Shown here in pieces: positions 27,528-35,966 of a DNA stretch of 64,000 nucleotides. Below the pieces are notes generated by a model. That model ran no database searches, was not told the origin of the DNA, and saw nothing but the letters and a program-made list of their open reading frames with translations. Each line of letters opens with the position of its first letter. Positions within the stretch are counted from its first letter, which is position 1. A program made the position numbers and the translations under genes. Source of the DNA: a virus (lineage: Duplodnaviria > Caudoviricetes); IMG/VR virus record IMGVR_UViG_3300017911_001818, positions 32,003-96,002 of that record; one strand, 5' to 3'.

Positions 27528-27660
27528 AGAATATGAATTAATTGAGCAAGATGGTTTTATTACAACATATCCTGATTTAAAAACACTGCTCACTAAAAAA
27601 GAATCTCCAGAATCTATGGAGGTAGAAGAAGGCTCAATCACCTTTGAAAAAAATGATTGA
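27514..27660 (+). CDS. small acidic hypothetical protein (48 aa, MELFEEY...)
   Basis: 3' part of ORF 27355..27660; fills an otherwise intergenic gap. Confidence 0.4.
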   Translation: MELFEEYELIEQDGFITTYPDLKTLLTKKESPESMEVEEGSITFEKND

Positions 27661-27685
27661 CATTCAATAAAACATATAGTATATT
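27657..27685 (+). promoter_or_regulatory. sigma70-type promoter of gene 32
   Basis: TTGACA, 17 bp, TATATT, with an upstream TTGAAAAAAA A-tract; the -10 matches the early cassettes. Confidence 0.85.
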
Positions 27686-27722
27686 AATATACCATACACT
27701 GTAATATAAGGAAAATACAATT

Positions 27723-28628
27723 ATGTCACTTTCGAATCTCAAACGCTCTCGTGGTTCATCTATTGATAAGCTGGTTTCTGCGGCTGCAAAGCTGGATGAA
27801 AATGCTTCTTCAAATAATAACGGTCCGGATGAACGTATTTGGAAACCAACGGTAGATAAAGCAGGGAATGGCTATGCTGTCATTCGTTTTCTGCCAGCTC
27901 CTGAAGGTGAAGAGTTGCCATGGGTGCGTTACTGGGACCACGGTTTTAAAGGTGAAACCACTGGTATGTGGTACATTGAGAAATCGTTGACTTCTATCGG
28001 TCAAAAGGATCCTGTCAGTGAGGTAAACTCACGCCTCTGGAACTCTGGCGTTGACGCAGATAAAGAAACTGCTCGTCGTCAGAAGCGTCGGTTGCACTAT
28101 GTATCGAATATTTATGTAGTGTCCGATCCGGAGAACCCTCAGAACGAGGGCAAGGTATTCTTGTATGTTTACGGCAAGAAGATCTTTGATAAACTGATGG
28201 ACTCTATGCAGCCACAGTTCCAAGATGAAGACCCTGTTAATCCTTTTGACCTTTGGGAAGGTGCGGACTTTAAACTCAAGATTCGTCAAGTTGAAGGCTA
28301 CCGCAACTATGATCGAGCCGAGTTTGCTAAACCTGCCGCTCTAGCGGATGACGAGCAACTTGAAGAGGTTTATGCAAAAGCATATCCTCTAAATGAGTTT
28401 ACTGATCCTGCTAACTATAAGTCTTATGAAGAGCTCAAAGCTCGCCTTGATGCGGTTCTGGGTGTTGGGGGCGACTTTACCCCTCAGCAGCAAGAAGACC
28501 TGTCAGTGACTGCTGAGAGCGCTCCAATGAAGACTGTAGAACCTTCCGAACCATCTAGTGTAAGTAGCGATGATGACGAGGATGATGACACTATGTCATA
28601 TTTCTCTAAACTAGCTGCTGAAGACTAG
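27723..28628 (+). CDS. gp32: single-stranded DNA-binding protein gp32
   Basis: D.R.WKP..DKAGNGYAVIRFLPAP, WYIE.SL, KRRL.Y, GKKIFDK, NPFD.W.GA.F.LK, acidic tail ending YFSKLA. Confidence 0.97.
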   Translation: MSLSNLKRSRGSSIDKLVSAAAKLDENASSNNNGPDERIWKPTVDKAGNGYAVIRFLPAPEGEELPWVRYWDHGFKGETTGMWYIEKSLTSIGQKDPVSEVNSRLWNSGVDADKETARRQKRRLHYVSNIYVVSDPENPQNEGKVFLYVYGKKIFDKLMDSMQPQFQDEDPVNPFDLWEGADFKLKIRQVEGYRNYDRAEFAKPAALADDEQLEEVYAKAYPLNEFTDPANYKSYEELKARLDAVLGVGGDFTPQQQEDLSVTAESAPMKTVEPSEPSSVSSDDDEDDDTMSYFSKLAAED

Positions 28629-28636
28629 ATGATAAG

Positions 28637-28677
28637 ATGGCTCCCAGTGTTCCTTTCCGCTGGGAGCCATTTTTTTT
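28637..28677 (+). terminator. Rho-independent terminator after gene 32
   Basis: 13-bp stem ATGGCTCCCAGTG/CGCTGGGAGCCAT, 8-nt loop, T-run; sits between convergent genes. Confidence 0.92.
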
Positions 28678-30307
28678 AATCAGAGAGGGTAACTCTTTCT
28701 GTGCTTTCAGACAGAGGAATCGGATTTTGTAACTGATTCACAACAGATGTTTGTGATGGAGCTACGGTAGAGTTATCTACTACGATATTAGTTCCGGCAA
28801 CGCCTGCACCGCCAACATCAGCTAAATTCTGTCTGCTTAATTCAAGGAGCCTAGCATCCAATCTAGCATTTCGCTCTGCGATTCTTCTGGCTGCTCCTTC
28901 TCTCCCACCCACACCAACTTCTGATTCTTCAGCGATAACCAACTCTCTGCCACCAGAGAATGGTACTGGAATCGCAATGCGAGGAATCTGAATACGTAGA
29001 TTATCGCTCAGGAATTTTAGAAGTTGATCTGGAACATTCTGAATTAAATTAACAATTTTTAACAAAGCAATTTCGGCATTAACTCTAAGTTGCCTAACAA
29101 ATTCATTCATTGCTAGACCAATTTTCTCAAAGGTTTCTGGAATAATACCTTTGATTAAATTTACAATCATTCCAACAGGAGACAGACTGAATACTGCACC
29201 AAGTGCTTCTTTCGCTTTTTCTAATGAAAACTCTCCTTTGAAGATATCGCCAACAAACGACCCGACAGCCTTTACATCCTCAGAGATTCCTCCTATTAAA
29301 TTCGAGAAAACGTCTCCAACAAAGCTACCGATCTTCTTTACGTTCTCAAAGATTCCTCCTATTAAATTCGAGAAAACATCTTGAAAAGAAAATGAATTTA
29401 AAGTTTCTTGCGCATTTTCAAAACCAAGTTTACCTAAAACGAAAGCTGCAGCTTGCTTGATTAAATCGAGTGGAGCAAAGATTAATGAATTAAAGAAACC
29501 AGTTACAGCGCCTTCAATACCACCAATAATACCGTCCTCTTTAAAACCATCTACTGCACCTTTAACAGTATCCCATGCAGTAATAAAAATTGTCAGTGGT
29601 AAAAATAGTCTACTAAAAACTTTGACTATGCCTTTAAAAAAATTAAAGACTGGCCCAAGTTTAGTCATTAATGCAGCTACCTCACTCACACCAGCTGTTA
29701 ATATTGCAACTACTGGACGTAATAAGCCAGCTATAAACCCGAAAGCGCTACCGATAATATTTAATGTTCCTCTAATGGTCTTGCGGAGATTATCGGCAGC
29801 ATCAGTCAAAAATTTAATAGAGTCTTCAACAGCAGTTGCAATTCTTGTCAGCTTTGGATTGGTTCTAAAGTCTAAAATTAAATTAGCAATACGTGTAATA
29901 ATTTGATTATCAACAAAAGTACGCAATGCAATCAAACTTTGATTTAAAGTAAAAAAGATCTTTTGCACATCATTAACAAATTTTAAAAGATTATCTTTTG
30001 CCTGATCAATAATTCCTCTTAACTGATCGTTTAAAGCTGCAACAGTCAGTAGCGACCCAGCAAGTAAAGCATCGCCTATGCCAAATGGGCTACTAATATC
30101 TTGTGTCGGAGTTTTTTGTGACTGGGATCTAGCTCGCCCTTGAGCTTCTCTCGCAGCTTCCGCATCGTCTAACTTGGATCGTTTTTGAAAGTCGAGCATA
30201 TCTTGAAAACGGTCGACAAGAGAGCTAACAACATCAGTTGTTCTACCTTGTTCTTCGTTTAACCCTAAGAGAGTATTACGAACGTCTGTGAGTGTAGCTT
30301 CTGCCAT
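28676..30307 (-). CDS. tape measure protein (gp29-like)
   Basis: Helical, G/A/F-rich; 22-aa tandem repeat; lies downstream of gp26/gp51. Confidence 0.75.
   Translation of the reverse strand: MAEATLTDVRNTLLGLNEEQGRTTDVVSSLVDRFQDMLDFQKRSKLDDAEAAREAQGRARSQSQKTPTQDISSPFGIGDALLAGSLLTVAALNDQLRGIIDQAKDNLLKFVNDVQKIFFTLNQSLIALRTFVDNQIITRIANLILDFRTNPKLTRIATAVEDSIKFLTDAADNLRKTIRGTLNIIGSAFGFIAGLLRPVVAILTAGVSEVAALMTKLGPVFNFFKGIVKVFSRLFLPLTIFITAWDTVKGAVDGFKEDGIIGGIEGAVTGFFNSLIFAPLDLIKQAAAFVLGKLGFENAQETLNSFSFQDVFSNLIGGIFENVKKIGSFVGDVFSNLIGGISEDVKAVGSFVGDIFKGEFSLEKAKEALGAVFSLSPVGMIVNLIKGIIPETFEKIGLAMNEFVRQLRVNAEIALLKIVNLIQNVPDQLLKFLSDNLRIQIPRIAIPVPFSGGRELVIAEESEVGVGGREGAARRIAERNARLDARLLELSRQNLADVGGAGVAGTNIVVDNSTVAPSQTSVVNQLQNPIPLSESTERVTLSD
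29284..29377. repeat. 28-bp exact direct repeat with 66-bp period in the tape measure gene
   Basis: AGATTCCTCCTATTAAATTCGAGAAAAC at 29284-29311 and 29350-29377. Confidence 0.9.
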
Positions 30308-30499
30308 TTATCCTGCTCTTTGTTTAATTCTTTCTGATTCTTCTTCAAGATGTGTAATTAACATGGCCAGATAAACCTCTCTCTCCCAAGGTATCATCAT
30401 TTCGATTTCATTTAATGAATAATGATGATGTTGCATCAACTGAAAATTTACCTGAAAATGATTATTCAGGTTGTCGTGAGAGAGGCATACTAAAAAAAA
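30308..30499 (-). CDS. gp51: baseplate hub assembly catalyst gp51 (not in the ORF track; probably the -1 frameshift extension of gp26; first ATG at 30436)
   Basis: ...LSHDNLNNHFQVNFQLMQHHHYSLNEIEMMIPWEREVYLAMLITHLEEESERIKQRAG; the stop abuts the tape-measure ATG. Confidence 0.88.
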   Translation of the reverse strand, partial: FFLVCLSHDNLNNHFQVNFQLMQHHHYSLNEIEMMIPWEREVYLAMLITHLEEESERIKQRAG

Positions 30500-31206
30500 T
30501 CAGCAGTTCCCTGTAACGTTAATGTGTTATCATGATCACAGTTACCACACTTAAAATCAACGTCATGTTTAAGACGTGGCATATTCTCAATAAAATCTCT
30601 AACTTTCATAAACTGATCAGTCGAGAATGATTCGATAAAAGCATTAACTTCTTCATCTGATTCATCAGCTAAAGAGAACCTTTCATCTTTCATCTGCACA
30701 GCATCAATACACTGTGCAATCATATCAAATGCTTGATCAGTTTGATTACCGTTCTTATATTTATTCATCTTTGGCGCAATATCCTTAATTGTAGGATATT
30801 TCATTTCAAGAGTAATATCGTTTGTAAGTTTTACTGTTTTTGCATTCGCACCTTTTGGTACTTTAATATTTACTTTTGAAATATCTACAGTAATCTCATT
30901 CGGAGTATCACACTCTGTACACTTTACTTGAATCGTTGTGGTTTCACCAACAGACTTTGATCGAATCTGTGTGAAGAGATACTCAATGTCAAAGATTGGT
31001 AGGCTGCGTGCACTAATCGGCTCTTCAATACAAGCCTCTAATGTATCTGCGATCGCTTCGAGCGAAATCTGCTCGTCGCCTTGTTCCAGCGCAAGCATTA
31101 ATATTTTTTCTTCTTTAACGAGGTAAGGACGATATCTTACAGTCTCTCCAGTGGAGGGAATCTTAACAGAATATTTAATCGTCTCATTAAGTTTTGGTAA
31201 AGCCAT
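30490..31206 (-). CDS. gp26: baseplate hub assembly chaperone gp26
   Basis: MALPK, IPSTG...YRP.LVKEEKIL, FDIEYLF..IRSKSVGE, two CxxC pairs, ends G..DFF. Confidence 0.92.
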   Translation of the reverse strand: MALPKLNETIKYSVKIPSTGETVRYRPYLVKEEKILMLALEQGDEQISLEAIADTLEACIEEPISARSLPIFDIEYLFTQIRSKSVGETTTIQVKCTECDTPNEITVDISKVNIKVPKGANAKTVKLTNDITLEMKYPTIKDIAPKMNKYKNGNQTDQAFDMIAQCIDAVQMKDERFSLADESDEEVNAFIESFSTDQFMKVRDFIENMPRLKHDVDFKCGNCDHDNTLTLQGTADFF

Positions 31207-31224
31207 AATATACTTTCTCCATTA

Positions 31225-31731
31225 TCAGGCTGGTTCCCATACAGTATATGAGAGTTGTACACTTAATTGTGTTAACTGGTTTTGTGCATCATCACCTAGT
31301 TCAATTGCTTGCATTGTTGTAGGAAATGCTCGAATTAATTTACAAGAATAGACAACAGAGTTATCTCCATGATTTAGCTGTTGAATAATAACGTCTCTTG
31401 CGTATTCACTTTTATACGCAACTTCATAAGTATCAAAGCCAATAATTTTTTGCTGCCAGTTTTCAAAATATGTTCTCATTGAGTAATCATGAGTAAGCAA
31501 GAATGTAAGGTTGACATCTTCAGACAAAAAGGCGTATGGCATTTTTTGTGTCATCATACCAATGGTTCTTTCATTGGTTACAATCTGACGACCCGGAATA
31601 TTAGTTGCACGGCACAATGCATCAACTGTACGGCCATCAACACCAAACTCTGCTGGAAGCAGAACCTTATATCGGTCAGCACGAGACACTCCTCTCGTAA
31701 TCGTTCCTTTTAAATCTTCGATGCTTGCCAT
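31225..31731 (-). CDS. tail tube-fold protein (gp54 initiator/gp19-like)
   Basis: C...NIPG, K.PY, LTF, FE.WQ, I.QL, L..AFP, V..SY..W. Confidence 0.8.
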   Translation of the reverse strand: MASIEDLKGTITRGVSRADRYKVLLPAEFGVDGRTVDALCRATNIPGRQIVTNERTIGMMTQKMPYAFLSEDVNLTFLLTHDYSMRTYFENWQQKIIGFDTYEVAYKSEYARDVIIQQLNHGDNSVVYSCKLIRAFPTTMQAIELGDDAQNQLTQLSVQLSYTVWEPA

Positions 31732-32318
31732 TACGCTCTCATTTTCCTTCTCGAGTCTCTGTAGACTGTTGACGAACTAGCCTTCTCAAAGTCAGCTGTT
31801 GGTAAGAACGTAGCAATCTCCCATTCTGGAGGTGCAACTAAAGCGAATCTTGAGCGTACATGTTTACTAAGATATCTCTTGAAACATGGACGGAATGCTC
31901 GAAGTTTGCTGGCTCTTTTCAACATATCATAAGAAACTCTAAATCGAGTACTGTCGTCATACTTTTCATTATTTAGTGTGTCAAGCAGAGCATCAAGAAA
32001 TTTAGCACGAGTATCAAGCGGAAGATAATGCAGATTTAATCCGTAAAAGCCTCCAGGAGCAGGGCCAACGATAATAGTAAGAGGAAATCTGTCATAAAAT
32101 GGCAGCGTATCTTTGGTCTTTGGATCGTAAAAGTACATATACATATTACCAACTGCAGTTCTACTTCGAAGCTGCACTTGTTCATCTTTCAGCAAAGCAG
32201 TCCTTGAAGGTCTTAACTTGCTCACCTTGCCACGAAACCAAGCGATAGACTCTTTTGATCTAGGTTGAATGCCTTTGCGAAATGCTTCTAACTCTAACTT
32301 TTGAAACAGGCTAGCCAT
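31731..32318 (-). CDS. gp2: DNA end protector protein gp2
   Basis: S..WF, MY.Y.YDPK.K..LP.YD.FPL, GLNLHYLP, PCFKRYL, FLPT..F. Confidence 0.93.
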   Translation of the reverse strand: MASLFQKLELEAFRKGIQPRSKESIAWFRGKVSKLRPSRTALLKDEQVQLRSRTAVGNMYMYFYDPKTKDTLPFYDRFPLTIIVGPAPGGFYGLNLHYLPLDTRAKFLDALLDTLNNEKYDDSTRFRVSYDMLKRASKLRAFRPCFKRYLSKHVRSRFALVAPPEWEIATFLPTADFEKASSSTVYRDSRRKMRA

Positions 32319-32842
32319 TAAAAATCGTATCCAATTTTTTCGATTACTTCTTTATTTAGTTCGGCGACCGCATCGATCATTGTTTGATCAATGTAATAAT
32401 CCTGATAGTTTAAAAATTCTCTTGGGGAGGAGTTAAAGCGAGATAATATTACTTTTTTGTGCGGGGATAATTTCGTATTCACTTCTCTTTCAAGGTCTTC
32501 AAATTTTAAATAAAAATTAGAAATATTTAAATAGCTTTCAGAGGCTCTTTTAATGTAATCATGACTCTCAGAGTAAAACCAATCATAAAATTTAAAATTT
32601 TTATATTCATCATAATGTTTCCTATGATATTCAAACTGACTTACAACTCGATCCCATGGGTTTCTGACAACAACAAATTTAGTTGAATTAGAGTGTGAAT
32701 AAATCATGTCTGCTGGATATGCCACAACTCTTTCATACTTAAACAAATCAAAAAATGTTTTTTGCATTGTCATACCTGCACATTTTGGTGTGCGTATGTA
32801 CGTTAAGTTGCTATCTTCTGCATGATAAAATCTTACTGTCAT
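32318..32842 (-). CDS. sulfotransferase (Sulfotransfer_2-like)
   Basis: PKCAG.T 5'-PAPS motif, VRNPWDR.VS.F 3'-PAPS motif, KFEDL, Y.DYY, GY.F. Confidence 0.82.
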   Translation of the reverse strand: MTVRFYHAEDSNLTYIRTPKCAGMTMQKTFFDLFKYERVVAYPADMIYSHSNSTKFVVVRNPWDRVVSQFEYHRKHYDEYKNFKFYDWFYSESHDYIKRASESYLNISNFYLKFEDLEREVNTKLSPHKKVILSRFNSSPREFLNYQDYYIDQTMIDAVAELNKEVIEKIGYDF

Positions 32843-33279
32843 GAAAACTTCATTCCCATCTTTTTTAATTCGTTCTCAGTCCAAATCTGAAATTCATATC
32901 CATTATCTTTGCAATATTCTACTGCAGCCTTCCACTTACACTGATTGCGAACATACTCAAGGGATTCAGAAATATGCCTTTTCGTTCTTCTTCTACTGAC
33001 AGGAGGTTTTGTCTGTTTCTCTGGCTTAATTTCCACCAAGATAGTTCTGCCGTCTTTCATTGTAATTTTAAGATCGACGAAGTACCTATGATATTTATTA
33101 TCAATCGCACTGATGTATGGAATTACAGCCTCTTCTGATACCCAAGATTCAATTTCAGAATTATTTTCGCACCATTTAAAAGCAAATCTTTCCCACATTG
33201 AACGATATACTACATTCGTATGATCTCCTGCATATTTCTTGGGATTCTTTACTTTATATCTACCTTTGTATGTTTTCAT
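32839..33279 (-). CDS. gp4: head completion nuclease gp4 (TnsA-like)
   Basis: YKGRY...NP.KY.GD...V.YRS.WE, W.SEE..IPY, HRYF.D, EIKP, N..KW.AA; start taken at MKTYKG. Confidence 0.93.
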   Translation of the reverse strand: MKTYKGRYKVKNPKKYAGDHTNVVYRSMWERFAFKWCENNSEIESWVSEEAVIPYISAIDNKYHRYFVDLKITMKDGRTILVEIKPEKQTKPPVSRRRTKRHISESLEYVRNQCKWKAAVEYCKDNGYEFQIWTENELKKMGMKFS

Positions 33280-33287
33280 TTTAACCA

Positions 33288-33318
33288 TATAAATACTTTA
33301 AAGATACTCATATTTATA
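33288..33318. promoter_or_regulatory. divergent, crossing T4 late promoters
   Basis: TATAAATA on + at 33288-95 and on - at 33311-18, at the strand switch. Confidence 0.88.
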
Positions 33319-33332
33319 GGCAGGACTCTAGA

Positions 33333-34157
33333 GTGGCACTAACCTTCCCAATAGAACCAGATGAGAAATATCAGGGACGAATAAACTTTCAGGCGATTAA
33401 CAGCACTTCTTCTTTTGTAGCTAACAGGGTGGGTGGTGCTGCTGGCGTTGGCACAGCTGCAGGAACTGGAGGTTCTGTGCAAACAGTTCAAACGAATGGT
33501 GGCTCTGTTAGTTTATATCTTCCGCAAGGTATTACTATCTCAGATCAGGTTGGATATGAAAACACTGACCTTGGGCTGATCGGTAGTGGGATTGCCTTTG
33601 GTGCTGGTGCGCTTCAGGAACAAGGGCTGGTTAAAGGTATTCAACAAGTCGTCAATGATGGTATCTCGACAATCGACAGAGCGAAGTCTGGGTTTACTAG
33701 CACAGAAGGTAAGGCATATTTGGCTGGCCTTGCTGAACGTTTTGGGGGCGCTGCAGTTGCGGCTGGTACAGGTATTACAGCTAATCCACATAGACGTTCG
33801 ATTTTTAAAGACGTGGCTCTGAGGCAGTTCTCATTTAACTTTATTATGCAGCCTCTCTCTTCCGAAGAGGCTAATGTATCTAAAGAAATCGTACAGTTCT
33901 TCAGAGAAAATCTTTATCCTGAAGAAATTGGTGGCGCTGTTTATAAGTTCCCAACAAAGTTTCAGATCTCATTTACCTATAAAGGAAATGAAGTTGCAAA
34001 CAAGCTTCTTCCTTGTTATTTGACCTCTGCACAAACACAATATAATCCAAGATCAGGTAGCTTTCATAATGATGGCAACTTCACAGAGATTGGTATTTCC
34101 TTAACATTCCAGGAAGAAACAACGCTGACCAGACAGTTAGTTGAACAAGGATTCTAA
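33333..34157 (+). CDS. gp48: baseplate tail-tube cap gp48-like
   Basis: LYLP, NP.....F....LR.FSF.F...P.S..E, FP..F.I, CYL.....Y, L.F.E. Confidence 0.8.
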   Translation: MALTFPIEPDEKYQGRINFQAINSTSSFVANRVGGAAGVGTAAGTGGSVQTVQTNGGSVSLYLPQGITISDQVGYENTDLGLIGSGIAFGAGALQEQGLVKGIQQVVNDGISTIDRAKSGFTSTEGKAYLAGLAERFGGAAVAAGTGITANPHRRSIFKDVALRQFSFNFIMQPLSSEEANVSKEIVQFFRENLYPEEIGGAVYKFPTKFQISFTYKGNEVANKLLPCYLTSAQTQYNPRSGSFHNDGNFTEIGISLTFQEETTLTRQLVEQGF

Positions 34158-35966
34158 ATGGCATACTTTACTAACTTTCCTCAAATTAATTATACTTTTG
34201 GCACACAAGCATCTCCTACTCTGTATCAGAATCTGGGTATTTATGTTGATCTGCTTGATCAAGTAAAGGATGATGTGTCATTTTATACTGAGTATGATTT
34301 GCAAGATGGGGATAGGGCAGATCAAATTTCTCAGAAGCTGTATAATCGCCCAGACTTACACTGGACATTCTTTATATTGAATGATAAAATTAAGTTGCGT
34401 GGTTGGCCGAGAGCATATGCAGATGTTGTTGCTCAGGCAAAAAAGGATTATCCAAATACAACAATCTTGACCCGCACAGACCTAAGCACTAAGTTTAAGG
34501 TTGGTAGTGAAATCGAAGGTAAAACTTCTGGTCAAAAAGCTAAGATTATTCGAAGGCTGTTAGATCAAGGGCAATTAATTGTTGAGCGTGTTCCTGTTGA
34601 GCGCACTGTGACTGTTCAGGCTAATGCTTTCGGTCATGTGACATTAGAGTTATCTACTGTTGGTGAACGGTATACAGACGCATTAAAATGGACTGTGACA
34701 AAAGTTTCTGATGGTAGTATTATAACGCTGACAGAAGCAAATATTTTAGAGGGCGGTTCTGGATATTCTAATTTTAAATATAACTTTGGCGTTGATAATG
34801 AGTTCAAAGAGTATACTTTTACAGTAAAAGTTATTGAATATCAAAACTCTATTAGTTTTATAAATGGAGAGGTTATTTCTGCGACAGAAGATGGCGTCGA
34901 AGTCTCTGCTGTTTTAGACTCTTCCTCTTTAGAATATTTGGCAACACATCATTATGAAGACGCAGAAGGCAACTATGTTGATATTACGCCAAATGCTCCT
35001 TTCGTGCAACGTTTAAGTTTTGATTTAGAGCTTGCTGGTTCCTCAGACGCACAAATTAATGCTGCTGAAGTTAAGGATATTGAAGTTTCTACAAATGTTG
35101 ATTATTCAGCTAATTATGATTTTAGTATACTAAGGTCGAATATTGACAAAGGATTCTTCACATCTGAAGGTTCTTTATTCAGTACAGGTTTTGTTGCTTA
35201 TGAAAAGGTGCAAGATCCAACAGACACCCATACCCTTGACGAACTTCTTGGAGTCTCTGGTTCTACCACTGATAACGATTTCGCAAATAATTTTCCAGCA
35301 GATACTGATCTGACTGAGATTCATGATGAATTAAAGACAGAGCTCGCCGCAGCTGTTGGTTTAGCAGATACGAATACTGCAGGTAAATATGATATTACCG
35401 TACATATGTTCTATATGGTCGATAATCAGTTAGATGTCTTCTTGACAGGAAATATATTTGCTTTCGTTTATGAATACAAAGTTTCTGGAGTTTCTACATT
35501 TAAGAACAATTATATTGTAGGTGGTTCAGCGACAACAACATCCCCAGCAGAAACAACTCAGGCTGGCGCATGGCTCGATGCATCTACAAACCTTGAATCC
35601 TACATCACAGCAAACCTATCAAGTTTTAATCCAGCATTATTAACGCAAGTAACTTATCTTGATAGATACGTTAAAAGTAATAATGATTTGAAAAGCATTA
35701 AAGTATTGCGCCCAGAAGTCGCCAATCGACTTGATGCTGCATATCAAAATATTCTTTTAGAGCAGAGAACTCAACAAGAAATATTAATTTCTCAACAAAC
35801 ACAGACAGGTCGTGGTAGTGTAACAGTCTCAAATAGTACACAACCTGTCACAACTGTTGCTGGTCAAACAGTAACTTCTTCCAGCTCCGGAGCGGTCGCA
35901 GCTGCAACAGGAAGTGGCGGGTCTTCGAGCAGCGGCAGCAGTAGTGGCGGAGGAGGTTATTACTAA
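34158..35966 (+). CDS. gp53: baseplate wedge gp53-like protein with large insertions
   Basis: MAYF.NFP, Y....GDR.DQ.S.KLY....LHW, WP, HHYE, N...+.IKVL+P. Confidence 0.8.
   Translation: MAYFTNFPQINYTFGTQASPTLYQNLGIYVDLLDQVKDDVSFYTEYDLQDGDRADQISQKLYNRPDLHWTFFILNDKIKLRGWPRAYADVVAQAKKDYPNTTILTRTDLSTKFKVGSEIEGKTSGQKAKIIRRLLDQGQLIVERVPVERTVTVQANAFGHVTLELSTVGERYTDALKWTVTKVSDGSIITLTEANILEGGSGYSNFKYNFGVDNEFKEYTFTVKVIEYQNSISFINGEVISATEDGVEVSAVLDSSSLEYLATHHYEDAEGNYVDITPNAPFVQRLSFDLELAGSSDAQINAAEVKDIEVSTNVDYSANYDFSILRSNIDKGFFTSEGSLFSTGFVAYEKVQDPTDTHTLDELLGVSGSTTDNDFANNFPADTDLTEIHDELKTELAAAVGLADTNTAGKYDITVHMFYMVDNQLDVFLTGNIFAFVYEYKVSGVSTFKNNYIVGGSATTTSPAETTQAGAWLDASTNLESYITANLSSFNPALLTQVTYLDRYVKSNNDLKSIKVLRPEVANRLDAAYQNILLEQRTQQEILISQQTQTGRGSVTVSNSTQPVTTVAGQTVTSSSSGAVAAATGSGGSSSSGSSSGGGGYY

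Noticed and set aside
27186-27660. Overlapping ORFs as an Rz/Rz1 spanin pair
   Set aside because: The overlapping ORF lacks a lipoprotein signal; the upstream protein is acidic with no coiled coil; not next to lysis genes
29151-29906. Plus-strand ORFs within the tape measure gene, and other short antisense ORFs in the track
   Set aside because: Antisense to well-supported genes, with no independent signals
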